DNA from: Eledone cirrhosa
Taxonomy: Eukaryota
NCBI GenBank assembly: GCA_964016885.1
Contig: OZ024741.1
Coordinates: 32,364,001-32,428,000 of the forward strand
Direction: 5' to 3'
Length of the DNA: 64,000 nt
How positions within the stretch are numbered: the stretch's first letter is position 1; each line of letters opens with the position of its first letter. Shown here piece after piece: positions 11,900 to 28,900 of the stretch. Position numbers and translations under genes: made by a program. The notes under the pieces are model-generated. The model was not told the DNA's origin, did no database searches, and worked only from the letters and a program-made list of their open reading frames with translations.

Positions 11900-14800
11900 A
11901 ATATTTGTATTTATTCCAGATGTAATAAGACTACATATCTCAGTTGTTATACAACATGGCTGTATAATATTTGTATTTATTCCAGATGTAATAAGCCTAC
12001 ATATCTCAGTTTTCATACAACATGGCTGTATAATATTTGCATTTATTCCAGATGTAATAGGCCTACATATCTCAGTTGTTATACAACATGGCTGTATAAT
12101 ATTTGTATTTATTCCAGATGTAATAAGACTACATATCTCAGATGTTATACAACATGGCTGTATACTATTTGTATTTATTACAGATGTAATAAGCCTACAT
12201 ATCTCAGATGTTATACAACATGGCTGTATAATATTTGCATTTATTCCAGATGTAATAAGCCTACATATCTCAGATGTTATACGACATGGCTGTATAATAT
12301 TTGTATTTATTTCAGATGTAATAAGCCTACATATATCAGTTGTTATACAACATGGCTGTATAATATTTGTATTTATTCCAGATGTAATAAGCCTACATAT
12401 CTCAGTTGTTATACAACATGGCTGTATAATATTTGTATTTATTCCAGATGTAATAAGCCTACATATCTCAGATGTTATACAACATGGCTGTATAATATTT
12501 GTATTTATTCCAGATGTAATAAGCCTACATTTCGCAGTTGTTATACAGCATGGCTGTATAATATTTGTATTTATTCCAGATGTAATAAGCGCACATATCT
12601 CAGTTGTTATACAACATGGCTGTATAATATTTGTATTTATTCCAGATGTAATAAGCCTACATATCTCAGTTGTTATACAACATGGCTGTATAATATTTGT
12701 ATTTATTCCAGATGTAATAAGCCTACATATATCAGATGTTATACAACATGGCTGTATAATATTTGTATTTATTCCAGATGTAATAAGCCTACATATCTCA
12801 GTTGTTATACAACATGGCTGTATAATATTTGTATTTATTCCAGATGTAATAAGACTACATATCTCAGTTGTTATACAACATGGCTGTATAATATTTGTAT
12901 TTATTCCAGAAGTAATAAGCATACATATCTCAGATGTTATACAACATGGCTGTATAATATTTGTATTTATTCCAGATGTAATAAGCCTACATATCTCAGT
13001 TGTTATACAACATGGCTGTATAATATTTGTATTTATTCCAGATGTAATAAGCCTACATATCTCAGTTGTTATACAACATGGCTGTATAATATTTGTATTT
13101 ATTCCAGATGTAATAAGCCTACATATCTCAGTTGTTATACAACATGGCTGTATAATATTTGTATTTATTCCACATGTAATAAGCCTACATATATCAGATG
13201 TTATACAACATGGCTGTATAATATTTGTATTTATTCCAGATGTAATAAGACTACATATCTCAGTTGTTATACAACATGGCTGTATAATATTTATATTTAT
13301 TCCAGATGTAATACGCCTACACATCTCAGATGTTATACAACATGGCTGTATAATATTTGTATTTATTCCAGATCTAATAAGCCTACATATTTCAGTTGTT
13401 AAACAACATGGCTGTATAATATTTGTATTTATTCCAGATGTAATAAGCTCTACATATGTCAGTAGTTATACAACATGGCTGTATAATATTTGTGTTTATT
13501 CCAGATGTAATAAGCCTACATATCTCAGTTGTTATACAACATGGCTGTATAATATTTGTATTTATTCCAGATGTAATAAGCCTACATATCTCAGTTGTTA
13601 TACAACATGGCTGTATAATATTTGTATTTATTCCAGACGTAATAAGCCTACATATCTAAGTTGTTATACAACATGGCTGTATAATATTTGTATTTATTCC
13701 AGATGTAATAAGCCTACATATCTCAGATGTTATACAACATGGCTGTATAATATTTTTATTTATTCCAGATGTAATAACCCTACATTTCCCAGTTGTTATA
13801 CAGCATGGCTGTATAATATTTGTATTTATTCCAGATGTAATAAGCCTACATATCTCAGTTGTTATACAACATGGCTGTATAATATTTTTATTTCTTCCAG
13901 ATATAATAAGCCTACATATCTCAGATGTTATACAACATGGCTGTATAATATTTGTATTTATTCCAGATGTAATAAGCCTACATATTTCAGTTGTTATACA
14001 ACATGGCTGTATAATATTTGTATTTATTCCAGATGTAATAAGACTACATATCTCAGTTGCTATACAACATGGCTGTATAATATTTATATTTATTCCAGAT
14101 GTAATACGCCTACACATCTCAGATGTTATACAACATGGCTGTATAATATTTGTATTTATTCCAGATCTAATAAGCCTACATATTTCAGTTGTTAAACAAC
14201 ATGGCTGTATAATATTTGTATTTATTCCAGATGTAATAAGCTCTACATATCTCAGTTGTTATACAACATGGCTGTATAATATTTATGTTTATTCCAGATG
14301 TAATAAGCCTACATATCTCAGTTGTTATACAACATGGCTGTATAATATTTGTATTTATTCCAGATGTAATAAGCCTACATATCTCAGTTGTTATACAACA
14401 TGGCTGTATAATATTTGTATTTATTCCAGACATAATAAGCCTACATATCTTAGATGTTATGCAACATGGCTGTACACTATTTGTATTTATTCCAGATGTA
14501 ATAATCCTACATATCTCAGATGTTATACAACATGGCTGTATAATATTTGTATTTATTCCAGATGTAATAAGCCTACATATCTCAGATGTTATACAACATG
14601 GCTGTATAATATTTGTATTTATTCCAGATGTAATAAGCCTACATATCTCAGTTTTTATACAACATGGCTGTATAATATTTGTATTTATTGCAGATGTAAT
14701 AAGCCTACATATCTCAGTTGTTATACAACATGTCTGTATAATATTTGTATTTATTCCAGATGTAATAAGCCTACATATCTCAGTTGTTATACAACATGGC

Positions 14801-17800
14801 TGTATAATATTTGTATTTATTCCAGATGTAATAAGCCTACATATCTCAGTTGTTATACAACATGTCTGTATAATATTTGTATTTATTCCAGATGTAATAA
14901 GCCTACATATCTCAGTTGTTATACAACATGGCTGTATAATATTTGTATTTATTCCAGATGTAATATGCCTACATATCTCAGTTGTTATACAACATGGCTG
15001 TATAATATTTGTATTTATTCCAGATGTAATAAACCTACATATCTCAGATGTTATACAACATGTCTGTATAATATCTGTATTTATTCCAGATGTAATAAGC
15101 CTACATATCTCAGTTGTTATACAACATGGCTGTATAATATTTGTATTTATTCCAGATGTAATATGCCTACATATCTCAGTTGTTATACAACATGGCTGTA
15201 TAATATTTGTATTTATTCCAGATATAATAAGCCTACATTTCGCAGTTGTTAAACAGCATGGCTGTATAATATTTGTATTTATTCCAGATGTAATAAGCCT
15301 ACATATCTCAGATGTTATACAACATGGCTGTATAATATTTGTATTTATTCCATATGTAATAAGCCTACATTTCGCAGTTGTTATACAGCATGGCTGTATA
15401 ATATTTGTATGTATTCAAGATGTAATAAGCCTACATATCTCAATTGTCATACAACATGGCTGCATAATATTTGTATTTATTCCAGATGTAATAAGCCTAC
15501 ATATCTCAGTTGTTATACAACATGTCTGTAGAATATTTGTATTTATTCCAGATGTAATAAGCCTACATATCTCAGTTGTTATACAACATGGCTGTATAAT
15601 ATTTGTATTTATTCCAGATGTAATATGCCTACATATCTCAGTTGTTATACAACATGGCTGTATAATATTTGTATTTATTCCAGATGTAATAAACCTACAT
15701 ATCTCAGTTGTTATACAACATGTCTGTATAATATCTGTATTTATTCCAGATGTAATAAGCCTACATATCTCAGTTGTTATACAACATGGCTGTATAATAT
15801 TTGTATTTATTCCAGATGTAATATGCCTACATATCTCAGTTGTTATACAACATGGCTGTATAATATTTGTATTTATTCCAGATGTAATAAGCCTACATAT
15901 CTCAGTTGTTATGCAACATGGCTGTATAATATTTGTATTTATTCCATATGTAATAAGCCTACATTTCGCAGTTGTTATACAGCATGGCTGTATAATATTT
16001 GTATTTATTCAAGATGTAATAAGCCTACATATCTCAATTGTCATACAACATGGTTGTATAATATTTGTATTTATTCCAGATGTAATAAGCCTACATATCT
16101 CAGTTGTTATACAACATGGCTGTATAATATTTGTATTTATTCCAGATGTAATAAGCCTACATATCTCAGTTGTTATACAACATGGCTGTATAATATTTGT
16201 ATTTATTCCAGATGTAATAAGCCTACATATCTCAGTTGTTATACAACATGGCTGTATAATATTTGTATTTATTGCAGATGTAATAAGCCTACATATCTCA
16301 GATGTTATACAACATGGATGTAGACTATTTGTATTTATTCCAGATGTAATAAACCTACATATCTCAGATGTTATACAACATGGCTGTATAATATTTGTAT
16401 TTATTCCAGATGTAATAAGCCTACATATCTCAGATGTTATACAACATGGCTGTATAATATTTGTATTTATTCCAGATCTAATAAGCCTACATATCTCAGA
16501 TTTTATACAACATGGCTGTATAATATTTGTATTTATTCCAGATGTAATAAGCCTACATTTCGCAGTTGTTATACAGCATGGCTGTATAATATTTGTATTT
16601 ATTCCAGATGTAATAAGCCTACATATCTCAGATGTTATACAACATGGCTGTATAATATTTGTATTTATTCCATATGTAATAAGCCTACATTTCGCAGTTG
16701 TTATACAGCATGGCTGTATAATATTTGTATTTATTCAAGATGTAATTTAGCCTACATATCTCAATTGTCATACAATATGGCTGTATAATATTTGTATTTA
16801 TTCCAGATGTAATATGCCTACATATCTCAGTTGTTATACAACATGGCTGTATAATATTTGTATTTATTCCAGATGTAATAAGCCTACATATCTCAGTTGT
16901 TATACAACATGGCTGTATAATATTTGTATTTATTCCAGATGTAATAAGCCTACATATCTCAGTTGTTATACAACATGGCTGTATAATATTTGTATTTATT
17001 CCAGATGTAATAAGCCTACATATCTCAGTTGTTATGCAACATGGCTGTATAATATTTGTATTTATTCCAGATGTAATAAGCCTACATATCTCAGATGTTA
17101 TACAACATGGCTGTATAATATTTGTATTTATTCCAGATGTAATAAGCCTACATTTCGCAGTTGTTATACAGCATGGCTGTATAATATTTGTATTTATTCC
17201 AGATGTAATAAGCCTACATATCTCAGTTGTTATACAACATGGCTGTATAATATTTGTATTTATTCCAGATGTAATAAGCCTACATATCTCAGTTGTTATA
17301 CAACATGGCTGTATAATATTTGTATTTATTCCAGATGTAATAAGCCTACATATCTCAGTTGTTATACAACATGGCTGTATAATATTTGTATTTATTGCAG
17401 ATGTAATAAGCCTACATATCTCAGATGTTATACAACATGGCTGTAGACTATTTGTATTTATTCCAGATGTAATAAACCTACATATCTCAGATGTTATACA
17501 ACATGGCTGTATAATATTTGTATTTATTCCAGATGTAATAAGCCTACATATCTCAGATGTTATACAACATGGCTGTATAATATTTGTATTTATTCCAGAT
17601 ATAATAAGCCTACATATCTCAGATTTTATACAACATGGCTGTATAATATTTGTACTTATTGCAGATGTAATAAGCCTACATATCTCAGATGTTATACAAC
17701 ATGGCTGTATACTATTTGTATTTATTCCAGATGTAATAAGCCTACATATCTCAGAAGTTATACAACATGGCTGTATAATATTTGTATTTATTCCAGATGT

Positions 17801-20800
17801 AATATGCCTACATATCACAGTTGTTATACAACATGGCTGTATAATATTTGTATTTATTCCAGATGTAATAAATCTACATATCTCAGTTGTTATACAACAT
17901 GTCTGTATAATATTTGTATTTATTCCAGATGTAATAAGCCTACATATCTCAGTTGTTATACAACATGGCTGTATAATATTTGTATTTATTCCAGATGTAA
18001 TATGCCTACATATCTCAGTTTTTATACAACATGGCTGTATAATATTTGTATTTATTGCAGATGTAATAAGCCTACATATCTCAGTTGTTATACAACATGT
18101 CTGTATAATATTTGTATTTATTCAAGATGTAATAAGCCTACATATCTCAGTTGTTATACAACATGGCTGTATAATATTTGTATTTATTCCAGATGTAATA
18201 AGCCTACATATCTCAGTTGTTATACAACATGGCTGTATAATATTTATATTTATTCCAGATGTAATAAGCCTACATATCTCAGACGTTATACAACATGGCT
18301 GTATAATATTTGTATTTATTCCATATGTAATAAGCCTACATTTCGCAGTTGTTATACAGCATGGCTGTATAATATTTGTATTTATTCCAGATGTAATAAG
18401 CCTACATATCTCAGATGTTATACAACATGGCTGTATAATATTTGTATTTATTACATATGTAATAAGCCTACATTTCGCAGTTGTTATACAGCATGGCTGT
18501 ATAATATTTGTATTTATTCAAGATGTAATAAGCCTACATATCTCAATTGTCATACAACATGGTTGTATAATATTTGTATTTATTCCAGATGTAATAAGCC
18601 TACATATCTCAGTTGTTATACAACATGGCTGTATAATATTTGTATTTATTCCAGATGTAATAAGCCTACATATCTCAGTTGTTATGCAACATGGCTGTAT
18701 AATATTTGTATTTATTCCAGATGTAATAAGCCTACATATCTCAGTTGTTATACAACATGGCTGTATAATATTTGTATTTATTGCAGATGTAATAAGCCTA
18801 CATATCTCAGATGTTATACAACATGGCTGTAGACTATTTGTATTTATTCCAGATGTAATAAACCTACATATCTCAGATGTTATACAACATGGCTGTATAA
18901 TATTTGTATTTATTCCAGATGTAATAAGACTACATATCTCAGTTGTTATACAACATGGCTGTATAATATTTGTATTTATTCCACATGTAATAAGCCTACA
19001 TATCTCAGTTTTCATACAACATGGCTGTATAATATTTGCATTTATTCCAGATGTAATAAGCCTACATATCTCAGTTGTTATACAACATGGCTGTATAATA
19101 TTTGTATTTATTCCAGATGTAATAAGACTACATATCTCAGATGTTATACAACATGGCTGTATACTATTTGTATTTATTACAGATGTAATAAGCCTACATA
19201 TCTCAGATGTTATACAACATGGCTGTATAATATTTGCATTTATTCCAGATGTAATAAGCCTACATATCTCAGATGTTATACGACATGGCTGTATAATATT
19301 TGTATTTATTTCAGATGTAATAAGCCTACATATATCAGTTGTTATACAACATGGCTGTATAATATTTGTATTTATTCCAGATGTAATAAGCCTACATATC
19401 TCAGTTGTTATACAACATGGCTGTATAATATTTGTATTTATTCCAGATGTAATAAGCCTACATATCTCAGATGTTATACAACATGGCTGTATAATATTTG
19501 TATTTATTCCAGATGTAATAAGCCTACATTTCGCAGTTGTTATACAGCATGGCTGTATAATATTTGTATTTATTCCAGATGTAATAAGCGCACATATCTC
19601 AGTTGTTATACAACATGGCTGTATAATATTTGTATTTATTCCAGATGTAATAAGCCTACATATCTCAGTTGTTATACAACATGGCTGTATAATATTTGTA
19701 TTTATTCCAGATGTAATAAGCCTACATATATCAGATGTTATACAACATGGCTGTATAATATTTGTATTTATTCCAGATGTAATAAGCCTACATATCTCAG
19801 TTGTTATACAACATGGCTGTATAATATTTGTATTTATTCCAGATGTAATAAGACTACATATCTCAGTTGTTATACAACATGGCTGTATAATATTTGTATT
19901 TATTCCAGAAGTAATAAGCATACATATCTCAGATGTTATACAACATGGCTGTATAATATTTGTATTTATTCCAGATGTAATAAGCCTACATATCTCAGTT
20001 GTTATACAACATGGCTGTATAATATTTGTATTTATTCCAGATGTAATAAGCCTACATATCTCAGTTGTTATACAACATGGCTGTATAATATTTGTATTTA
20101 TTCCACATGTAATAAGCCTACATATATCAGATGTTATACAACATGGCTGTATAATATTTGTATTTATTCCAGATGTAATAAGACTACATATCTCAGTTGT
20201 TATACAACATGGCTGTATAATATTTATATTTATTCCAGATGTAATACGCCTACACATCTCAGATGTTATACAACATGGCTGTATAATATTTGTATTTATT
20301 CCAGATCTTATAAGCCTACATATTTCAGTTGTTAAACAACATGGCTGTATAATATTTGTATTTATTCCAGATGTAATAAGCTCTACATATGTCAGTAGTT
20401 ATACAACATGGCTGTATAATATTTGTGTTTATTCCAGATGTAATAAGCCTACATATCTCAGTTGTTATACAACATGGCTGTATAATATTTGTATTTATTC
20501 CAGATGTAATAAGCCTACATATCTCAGTTGTTATACAACATGGCTGTATAATATTTGTATTTATTCCAGACGTAATAAGACTACATATCTAAGTTGTTAT
20601 ACAACATGGCTGTATAATATTTGTATTTATTCCAGATGTAATATGCCTACATATCACAGTTGTTATACAACATGGCTGTATAATATTTTTATTTATTCCA
20701 GATGTAATAACCCTACATTTCCCAGTTGTTATACAGCATGGCTGTATAATATTTGTATTTATTCCAGATGTAATAAGCCTACATATCTCAGTTGTTATAC

Positions 20801-21290
20801 AACATGGCTGTATAATATTTTTATTTCTTCCAGATATAATAAGCCTACATATCTCAGATGTTATACAACATGGCTGTATAATATTTGTATTTATTCCAGA
20901 TGTAATAAGCCTACATATTTCAGTTGTTATACAACATGGCTGTATAATATTTGTATTTATTCCAGATGTAATAAGACTACATATCTCAGTTGTTATACAA
21001 CATGGCTGTATAATATTTATATTTATTCCAGATGTAATACGCCTACACATCTCAGATGTTATACAACATGGCTGTATAATATTTGTATTTATTCCAGATC
21101 TAATAAGCCTACATATTTCAGTTGTTAAACAACATGGCTGTATAATATTTGTATTTATTCCAGATGTAATAAGCTCTACATATCTCAGTTGTTATACAAC
21201 ATGGCTGTATAATATTTATGTTTATTCCAGATGTAATTAGCCTACATATCTCAGTTGTTATACAACATGGCTGTATAATATTTGTATTTA
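11900..21290. repeat. Dispersed block duplication ~11900-14330 vs ~18900-21290 (offset 6999, then 6933 bp)
   Basis: Shared rare variants TTTCATAC, ACGACATG, AAGCGCAC, AGAAGTAATAAGCATAC and CCACATG. ORF ends 13324/20257 and 14117/21050 differ by 6933. Confidence 0.88.
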
Positions 21291-24200
21291 TTCCAGATGT
21301 AATAAGCCTACATATCTCAGTTGTTATACAACATGTCTGTATAATATTTGTATTTATTCCAGATGTAATAAGCCTACATATCTCAGTTGTTATACAACAT
21401 GGCTGTATAATATTTGTATTTATTCCAGATGTAATAAGCCTACATATCTCAGTTGTTATACAACATGTCTGTATAATATTTGTATTTATTCCAGATGTAA
21501 TAAGCCTACATATCTCAGTTGTTATACAACATGGCTGTATAATATTTGTATTTATTCCAGATGTAATATGCCTACATATCTCAGTTGTTATACAACATGG
21601 CTGTATAATATTTGTATTTATTCCAGATGTAATAAACCTACATATCTCAGATGTTATACAACATGTCTGTATAATATCTGTATTTATTCCAGATGTAATA
21701 AGCCTACATATCTCAGTTGTTATACAACATGGCTGTATAATATTTGTATTTATTCCAGATGTAATATGCCTACATATCTCAGTTGTTATACAACATGGCT
21801 GTATAATATTTGTATTTATTCCAGATGTAATAAGCCTACATATTTCAGTTGTTATACAACATGGCTGTATAATATTTGTATTTATTCCAGATGTAATAAG
21901 ACTACATATCTCAGTTGTTATACAACATGGCTGTATAATATTTATATTTATTCCAGATGTAATACGCCTACACATCTCAGATGTTATACAACATGGCTGT
22001 ATAATATTTGTATTTATTCCAGATCTAATAAGCCTACATATTTCAGTTGTTAAACAACATGGCTGTATAATATTTGTATTTATTCCAGATGTAATAAGCT
22101 CTACATATCTCAGTTGTTATACAACATGGCTGTATAATATTTATGTTTATTCCAGATGTAATAAGCCTACATATCTCAGTTGTTATACAACATGGCTGTA
22201 TAATATTTGTATTTATTCCAGATGTAATAAGCCTACATATCTCAGTTGTTATACAACATGGCTGTATAATATTTGTATTTATTCCAGACGTAATAAGCCT
22301 ACATATCTAAGTTGTTATACAACATGGCTGTATAATATTTGTATTTATTCCAGATGTAATAAGCCTACATATCTCAGATTTTATACAACATGGCTGTATA
22401 ACATTTTTATTTATTCCAGATGTAATAACCCTACATTTCCCAGTTGTTATACAGCATGGCTGTATAATATTTGTATTTATTCCAGATGTAATAAGCCTAC
22501 ATATCTCAGTTGTTATACAACATGGCTGTATAATACTTGTATTTATTTCAGATGTAATAAGCCTACATATCTTAGATGTTATGCAACATGGCTGTACACT
22601 ATTTGTATTTATTCCAGATGTAATAAGCCTACATATCTCAGATGTTATACAACATGGCTGTATAATATTTGTATTTATTCCAGATGTAATAAGCCTACAT
22701 ATCTCAGATGTTATACAACATGGCTGTATAATATTTGTATTTATTCCAGATGTAATAAGCCTACATATCTCAGTTTTTATACAACATGGCTGTATAATAT
22801 TTGTATTTATTGCAGATGTAATAAGCCTACATATCTCAGTTGTTATACAACATGTCTGTATAATATTTGTATTTATTCCAGATGTAATAAGCCTACATAT
22901 CTCAGTTGTTATACAACATGGCTGTATAATATTTGTATTTATTCCAGATGTAATAAGCCTACATATCTCAGTTGTTATACAACATGGCTGTATAATATTT
23001 CTATTTATTCCAGATGTAATATGCCTACATATCTCAGTTGTTATACAACATGGCTGTATAATATTTGTATTTATTCCAGATGTAATAAACCTACATATCT
23101 CAGATGTTATACAACATGTCTGTATAATATCTGTATTTATTCCAGATGTAATAAGCCTACATATCTCAGTTGTTATACAACATGGCTGTATAATATTTGT
23201 ATTTATTCCAGATGTAATATGCCTACATATCTCAGTTGTTATACAACATGGCTGTATAATATTTGTATTTATTCCAGATATAATAAGCCTACATTTCGCA
23301 GTTGTTAAACAGCATGGCTGTATAATATTTGTATTTATTCCAGATGTAATAAGCCTACATATCTCAGATGTTATACAACATGGCTGTATAATATTTGTAT
23401 TTATTCCATATGTAATAAGCCTACATTTCGCAGTTGTTATACAGCATGGCTGTATAATATTTGTATTTATTCAAGATGTAATAAGCCTACATATCTCAAT
23501 TGTCATACAACATGGCTGCATAATATTTGTATTTATTCCAGATGTAATAAGCCTACATATCTCAGTTGTTATACAACATGTCTGTAGAATATTTGTATTT
23601 ATTCCAGATGTAATAAGCCTACATATATCAGTTGTTATACAACATGGCTGTATAATATTTGTATTTATTCCAGATGTAATATGCCTACATATCTCAGTTG
23701 TTATACAACATGGCTGTATAATATTTGTATTTATTCCAGATGTAATAAACCTACATATCTCAGTTGTTATACAACATGTCTGTATAATATCTGTATTTAT
23801 TCCAGATGTAATAAGCCTACATATCTCAGTTGTTATACAACATGGCTGTATAATATTTGTATTTATTCCAGATGTAATATGCCTACATATCTCAGTTGTT
23901 ATACAACATGGCTGTATAATATTTGTATTTATTCCAGATGTAATAAGCCTACATATCTCAGTTGTTATGCAACATGGCTGTATAATATTTGTATTTATTC
24001 CATATGTAATAAGCCTACATTTCGCAGTTGTTATACAGCATGGCTGTATAATATTTGTATTTATTCAAGATGTAATAAGCCTACATATCTCAATTGTCAT
24101 ACAACATGGTTGTATAATATTTGTATTTATTCCAGATGTAATAAGCCTACATATCTCAGTTGTTATACAACATGGCTGTATAATATTTGTATTTATTCCA

Positions 24201-25950
24201 GATGTAATAAGCCTACATATCTCAGTTGTTATACAACATGGCTGTATAATATTTGTATTTATTCCAGATGTAATAAGCCTACATATCTCAGTTGTTATAC
24301 AACATGGCTGTATAATATTTGTATTTATTGCAGATGTAATAAGCCTACATATCTCAGATGTTATACAACATGGATGTAGACTATTTGTATTTATTCCAGA
24401 TGTAATAAACCTACATATCTCAGATGTTATACAACATGGCTGTATAATATTTGTATTTATTCCAGATGTAATAAGCCTACATATCTCAGATGTTATACAA
24501 CATGGCTGTATAATATTTGTATTTATTCCAGATCTAATAAGCCTACATATCTCAGATTTTATACAACATGGCTGTATAATATTTGTATTTATTCCAGATG
24601 TAATAAGCCTACATTTCGCAGTTGTTATACAGCATGGCTGTATAATATTTGTATTTATTCCAGATGTAATAAGCCTACATATCTCAGATGTTATACAACA
24701 TGGCTGTATAATATTTGTATTTATTCCATATGTAATAAGCCTACATTTCGCAGTTGTTATACAGCATGGCTGTATAATATTTGTATTTATTCAAGATGTA
24801 ATTTAGCCTACATATCTCAATTGTCATACAACATGGCTGTATAATATTTGTATTTATTCCAGATGTAATATGCCTACATATCTCAGTTGTTATACAACAT
24901 GGCTGTATAATATTTGTATTTATTCCAGATGTAATAAACCTACATATCTCAGTTGTTATACAACATGTCTGTATAATATCTGTATTTATTCCAGATGTAA
25001 TAAGCCTACATATCTCAGTTGTTATACAACATGGCTGTATAATATTTGTATTTATTCCAGATGTAATATGCCTACTTATCTCAGTTGTTATACAACATGG
25101 CTGTATAATATTTGTATTTATTCCAGATGTAATAAGCCTACATATCTCAGTTGTTATGCAACATGGCTGTATAATATTTGTATTTATTCCAGATGTAATA
25201 AGCCTACATATCTCAGATGTTATACAACATGGCTGTATAATATTTGTATTTATTCCAGATGTAATAAGCCTACATTTCGCAGTTGTTATACAGCATGGCT
25301 GTATAATATTTGTATTTATTCCAGATGTAATAAGCCTACATATCTCAGTTGTTATACAACATGGCTGTATAATATTTGTATTTATTCCAGATGTAATAAG
25401 CCTACATATCTCAGTTGTTATACAACATGGCTGTATAATATTTGTATTTATTCCAGATGTAATAAGCCTACATATCTCAGTTGTTATACAACATGGCTGT
25501 ATAATATTTGTATTTATTGCAGATGTAATAAGCCTACATATCTCAGATGTTATACAACATGGCTGTAGACTATTTGTATTTATTCCAGATGTAATAAACC
25601 TACATATCTCAGATGTTATACAACATGGCTGTATAATATTTGTATTTATTCCAGATGTAATAAGCCTACATATCTCAGATGTTATACAACATGGCTGTAT
25701 AATATTTGTATTTATTCCAGATATAATAAGCCTACATATCTCAGATTTTATACAACATGGCTGTATAATATTTGTACTTATTGCAGATGTAATAAGCCTA
25801 CATATCTCAGATGTTATACAACATGGCTGTATACTATTTGTATTTATTCCAGATGTAATAAGCCTACATATCTCAGAAGTTATACAACATGGCTGTATAA
25901 TATTTGTATTTATTCCAGATGTAATATGCCTACATATCACAGTTGTTATA
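14440..25950. repeat. Dispersed block duplication ~14440-17830 vs ~22560-25950 (offset 8056/8122 bp)
   Basis: Identical ORFs at 15625/23681. Both copies carry the GTAATTTAG insertion (~16747/~24803) and the GGATGTAGAC variant. Confidence 0.88.
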
Positions 25951-28900
25951 CAACATGGCTGTATAATATTTGTATTTATTCCAGATGTAATAAGCCTACA
26001 TATCTCAGTTGTTATACAACATGGCTGTATAATATTTGTATTTATTCCAGATGTAATATGCCTACATATCTCAGTTTTTATACAACATGGCTGTATAATA
26101 TTTGTATTTATTGCAGATGTAATAAGCCTACATATCTCAGTTGTTATACAACATGTCTGTATAATATTTGTATTTATTCCAGATGTAATAAGCCTACATA
26201 TCTCAGTTGTTATACAACATGGCTGTATAATATTTGTATTTATTCCAGATGTAATAAGCCTACATATCTCAGTTGTTATACAACATGTCTGTATAATATT
26301 TGTATTTATTCCAGATGTAATAAGCCTACATATCTCAGTTGTTATACAACATGGCTGTATAATAATTGTATTTATTCCAGATGTAATATGCCTACATATC
26401 TCAGTTGTTATACAACATGGCTGTATAATATTAGTATTTATTCCAGATGTAATAAACCTACATATCTCAGTTGTTATACAACATGGCTGTATAATATTTG
26501 TATTTATTCCAGATATAATAAGCCTACATATCTCAGATTTTATACAACATGGCTGTATAATATTTGTACTTATTGCAGATGTAATAAGCCTACATATCTC
26601 AGATGTTATACAACATGGCTGTAGACTATTTGTATTTATTCCAGATGTAATAAACCTACATATCTCAGATGTTATACAACATGGCTGTATAATATTTGTA
26701 TTTATTCCAGATGTAATAAGCCTACATATCTCAGATGTTATACAACATGGCTGTATAATATTTGTATTTATTCCAGATATAATAAGCCTACATATCTCAG
26801 ATTTTATACAACATGGCTGTATAATATTTGTACTTATTGCAGATGTAATAAGCCTACATATCTCATATGTTATACAACATGGCTGTATACTATTTGTATT
26901 TATTCCAGATGTAATAAGCCTACATATCTCAGAAGTTATACAACATGGCTGTATAATATTTGTATTTATTCCAGATGTAATATGCCTACATATCACAGTT
27001 GTTATACAACATGGCTGTATAATATTTGTATTTATTCCAGATGTAATAAATCTACATATCTCAGTTGTTATACAACATGACTGTATAATATTTGTATTTA
27101 TTCCAGATGTAATAAGCCTACATATCTCAGTTGTTATACAACATGGCTGTATAATATTTATATTTATTCCAGATGTAATAAGCCTACATATCTCAGACGT
27201 TATACAACATGGCTGTATAATATTTGTATTTATTCCATATGTAATAAGCCTACATTTCGCAGTTGTTATACAACATGGCTGTATAATATTTGTATTTATT
27301 CCAGATGTAATAAGCCTACATATCTCAGTTGTTATACAACATGGCTGTATAATATTTGTATTTATTCCAGATGTAATAAGCCTACATATCTCAGTTGTTA
27401 TACAACATGGCTGTATAATATTTGTATTTATTGCAGATGTAATAAGCCTACATATCTCAGATGTTATACAACATGGCTGTAGACTATTTGTATTTATTCC
27501 AGATGTAATAAACCTACATATCTCAGATGTTATACAACATGGCTGTATAATATTTGTATTTATTCCAGATGTAATAAGCCTACATATCTCAGATGTTATA
27601 CAACATGGCTGTATAATATTTGTATTTATTCCAGATCTAATAAGCCTACATATCTCAGATTTTATACAACATGGCTGTATAATATTTGTACTTATTGCAG
27701 ATGTAATAAGCCTACATATCTCAGATGTTATACAACATGGCTGTATACTATTTGTATTTATTCCAGATGTAATAAGCCTACATATCTCAGATGTTATACA
27801 ACATGGCTGTATAATATTTGTATTTATTCCAGATGTAATATGCCTACATATCACAGTTGTTATACAACATGGCTGTATAATATTTGTATTTATTCCAGAT
27901 GTAATAAATCTACATATCTCAGTTGTTATACAACATGTCTGTATAATATTTGTATTTATTCCAGATGTAATAAGCCTACATATCTCAGTTGTTATACAAC
28001 ATGGCTGTATAATATTTGTATTTATTCCAGATGTAATATGCCTACATATCTCAGTTTTTATACAACATGGCTGTATAATATTTGTATTTATTGCAGATGT
28101 AATAAGCCTACATATCTCAGTTGTTATACAACATGTCTGTATAATATTTGTATTTATTCCAGATGTAATAAGCCTACATATCTCAGTTGTTATACAACAT
28201 GGCTGTATAATATTTGTATTTATTCCAGATGTAATAAGCCTACATATCTCAGTTGTTATACAACATGTCTGTATAATATTTGTATTTATTCCAGATGTAA
28301 TAAGCCTACATATCTCAGTTGTTATACAACATGGCTGTATAATAATTGTATTTATTCCAGATGTAATATGCCTACATATCTCAGTTGTTATACAACATGG
28401 CTGTATAATATTAGTATTTATTCCAGATGTAATAAACCTACATATCTCAGTTGGTATACAACATGTCTGTATAATATCTGTATTTATTCCAGATGTAATA
28501 AGCCTACATATCTCAGTTGTTATACAACATGGCTGTATAATATTTGTATTTATTCCAGATGTAATATGCCTACATATCTCAGTTGTTATACAACATGGCT
28601 GTATAATATTTGTATTTATTCCAGATGTAATAAGCCTACATATCTCAGTTGTTATGCAACATGGCTGTATAATATTTGTATTTATTCCAGATGTAATAAG
28701 CCTACATATCTCAGATGTTATACAACATGGCTGTATAATATTTGTATTTATTCCAGATGTAATAAGCCTACATTTCGCAGTTGTTATACAGCATGGCTGT
28801 ATAATATTTGTATTTATTCCAGATGTAATAAGCCTACATATCTCAGATGTTATACAACATGGCTGTATAATATTTGTATTTATTCCATATGTAATAAGCC

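Noticed and set aside
24741-27854. Minus-strand ORFs (ITTEICRLITSGINTNIIQPCC)n as genes
   Set aside because: This is the antisense translation of the same monomer. It is terminated at every TTCAAG variant, its starts are sporadic variants, and it has no recognisable domain.
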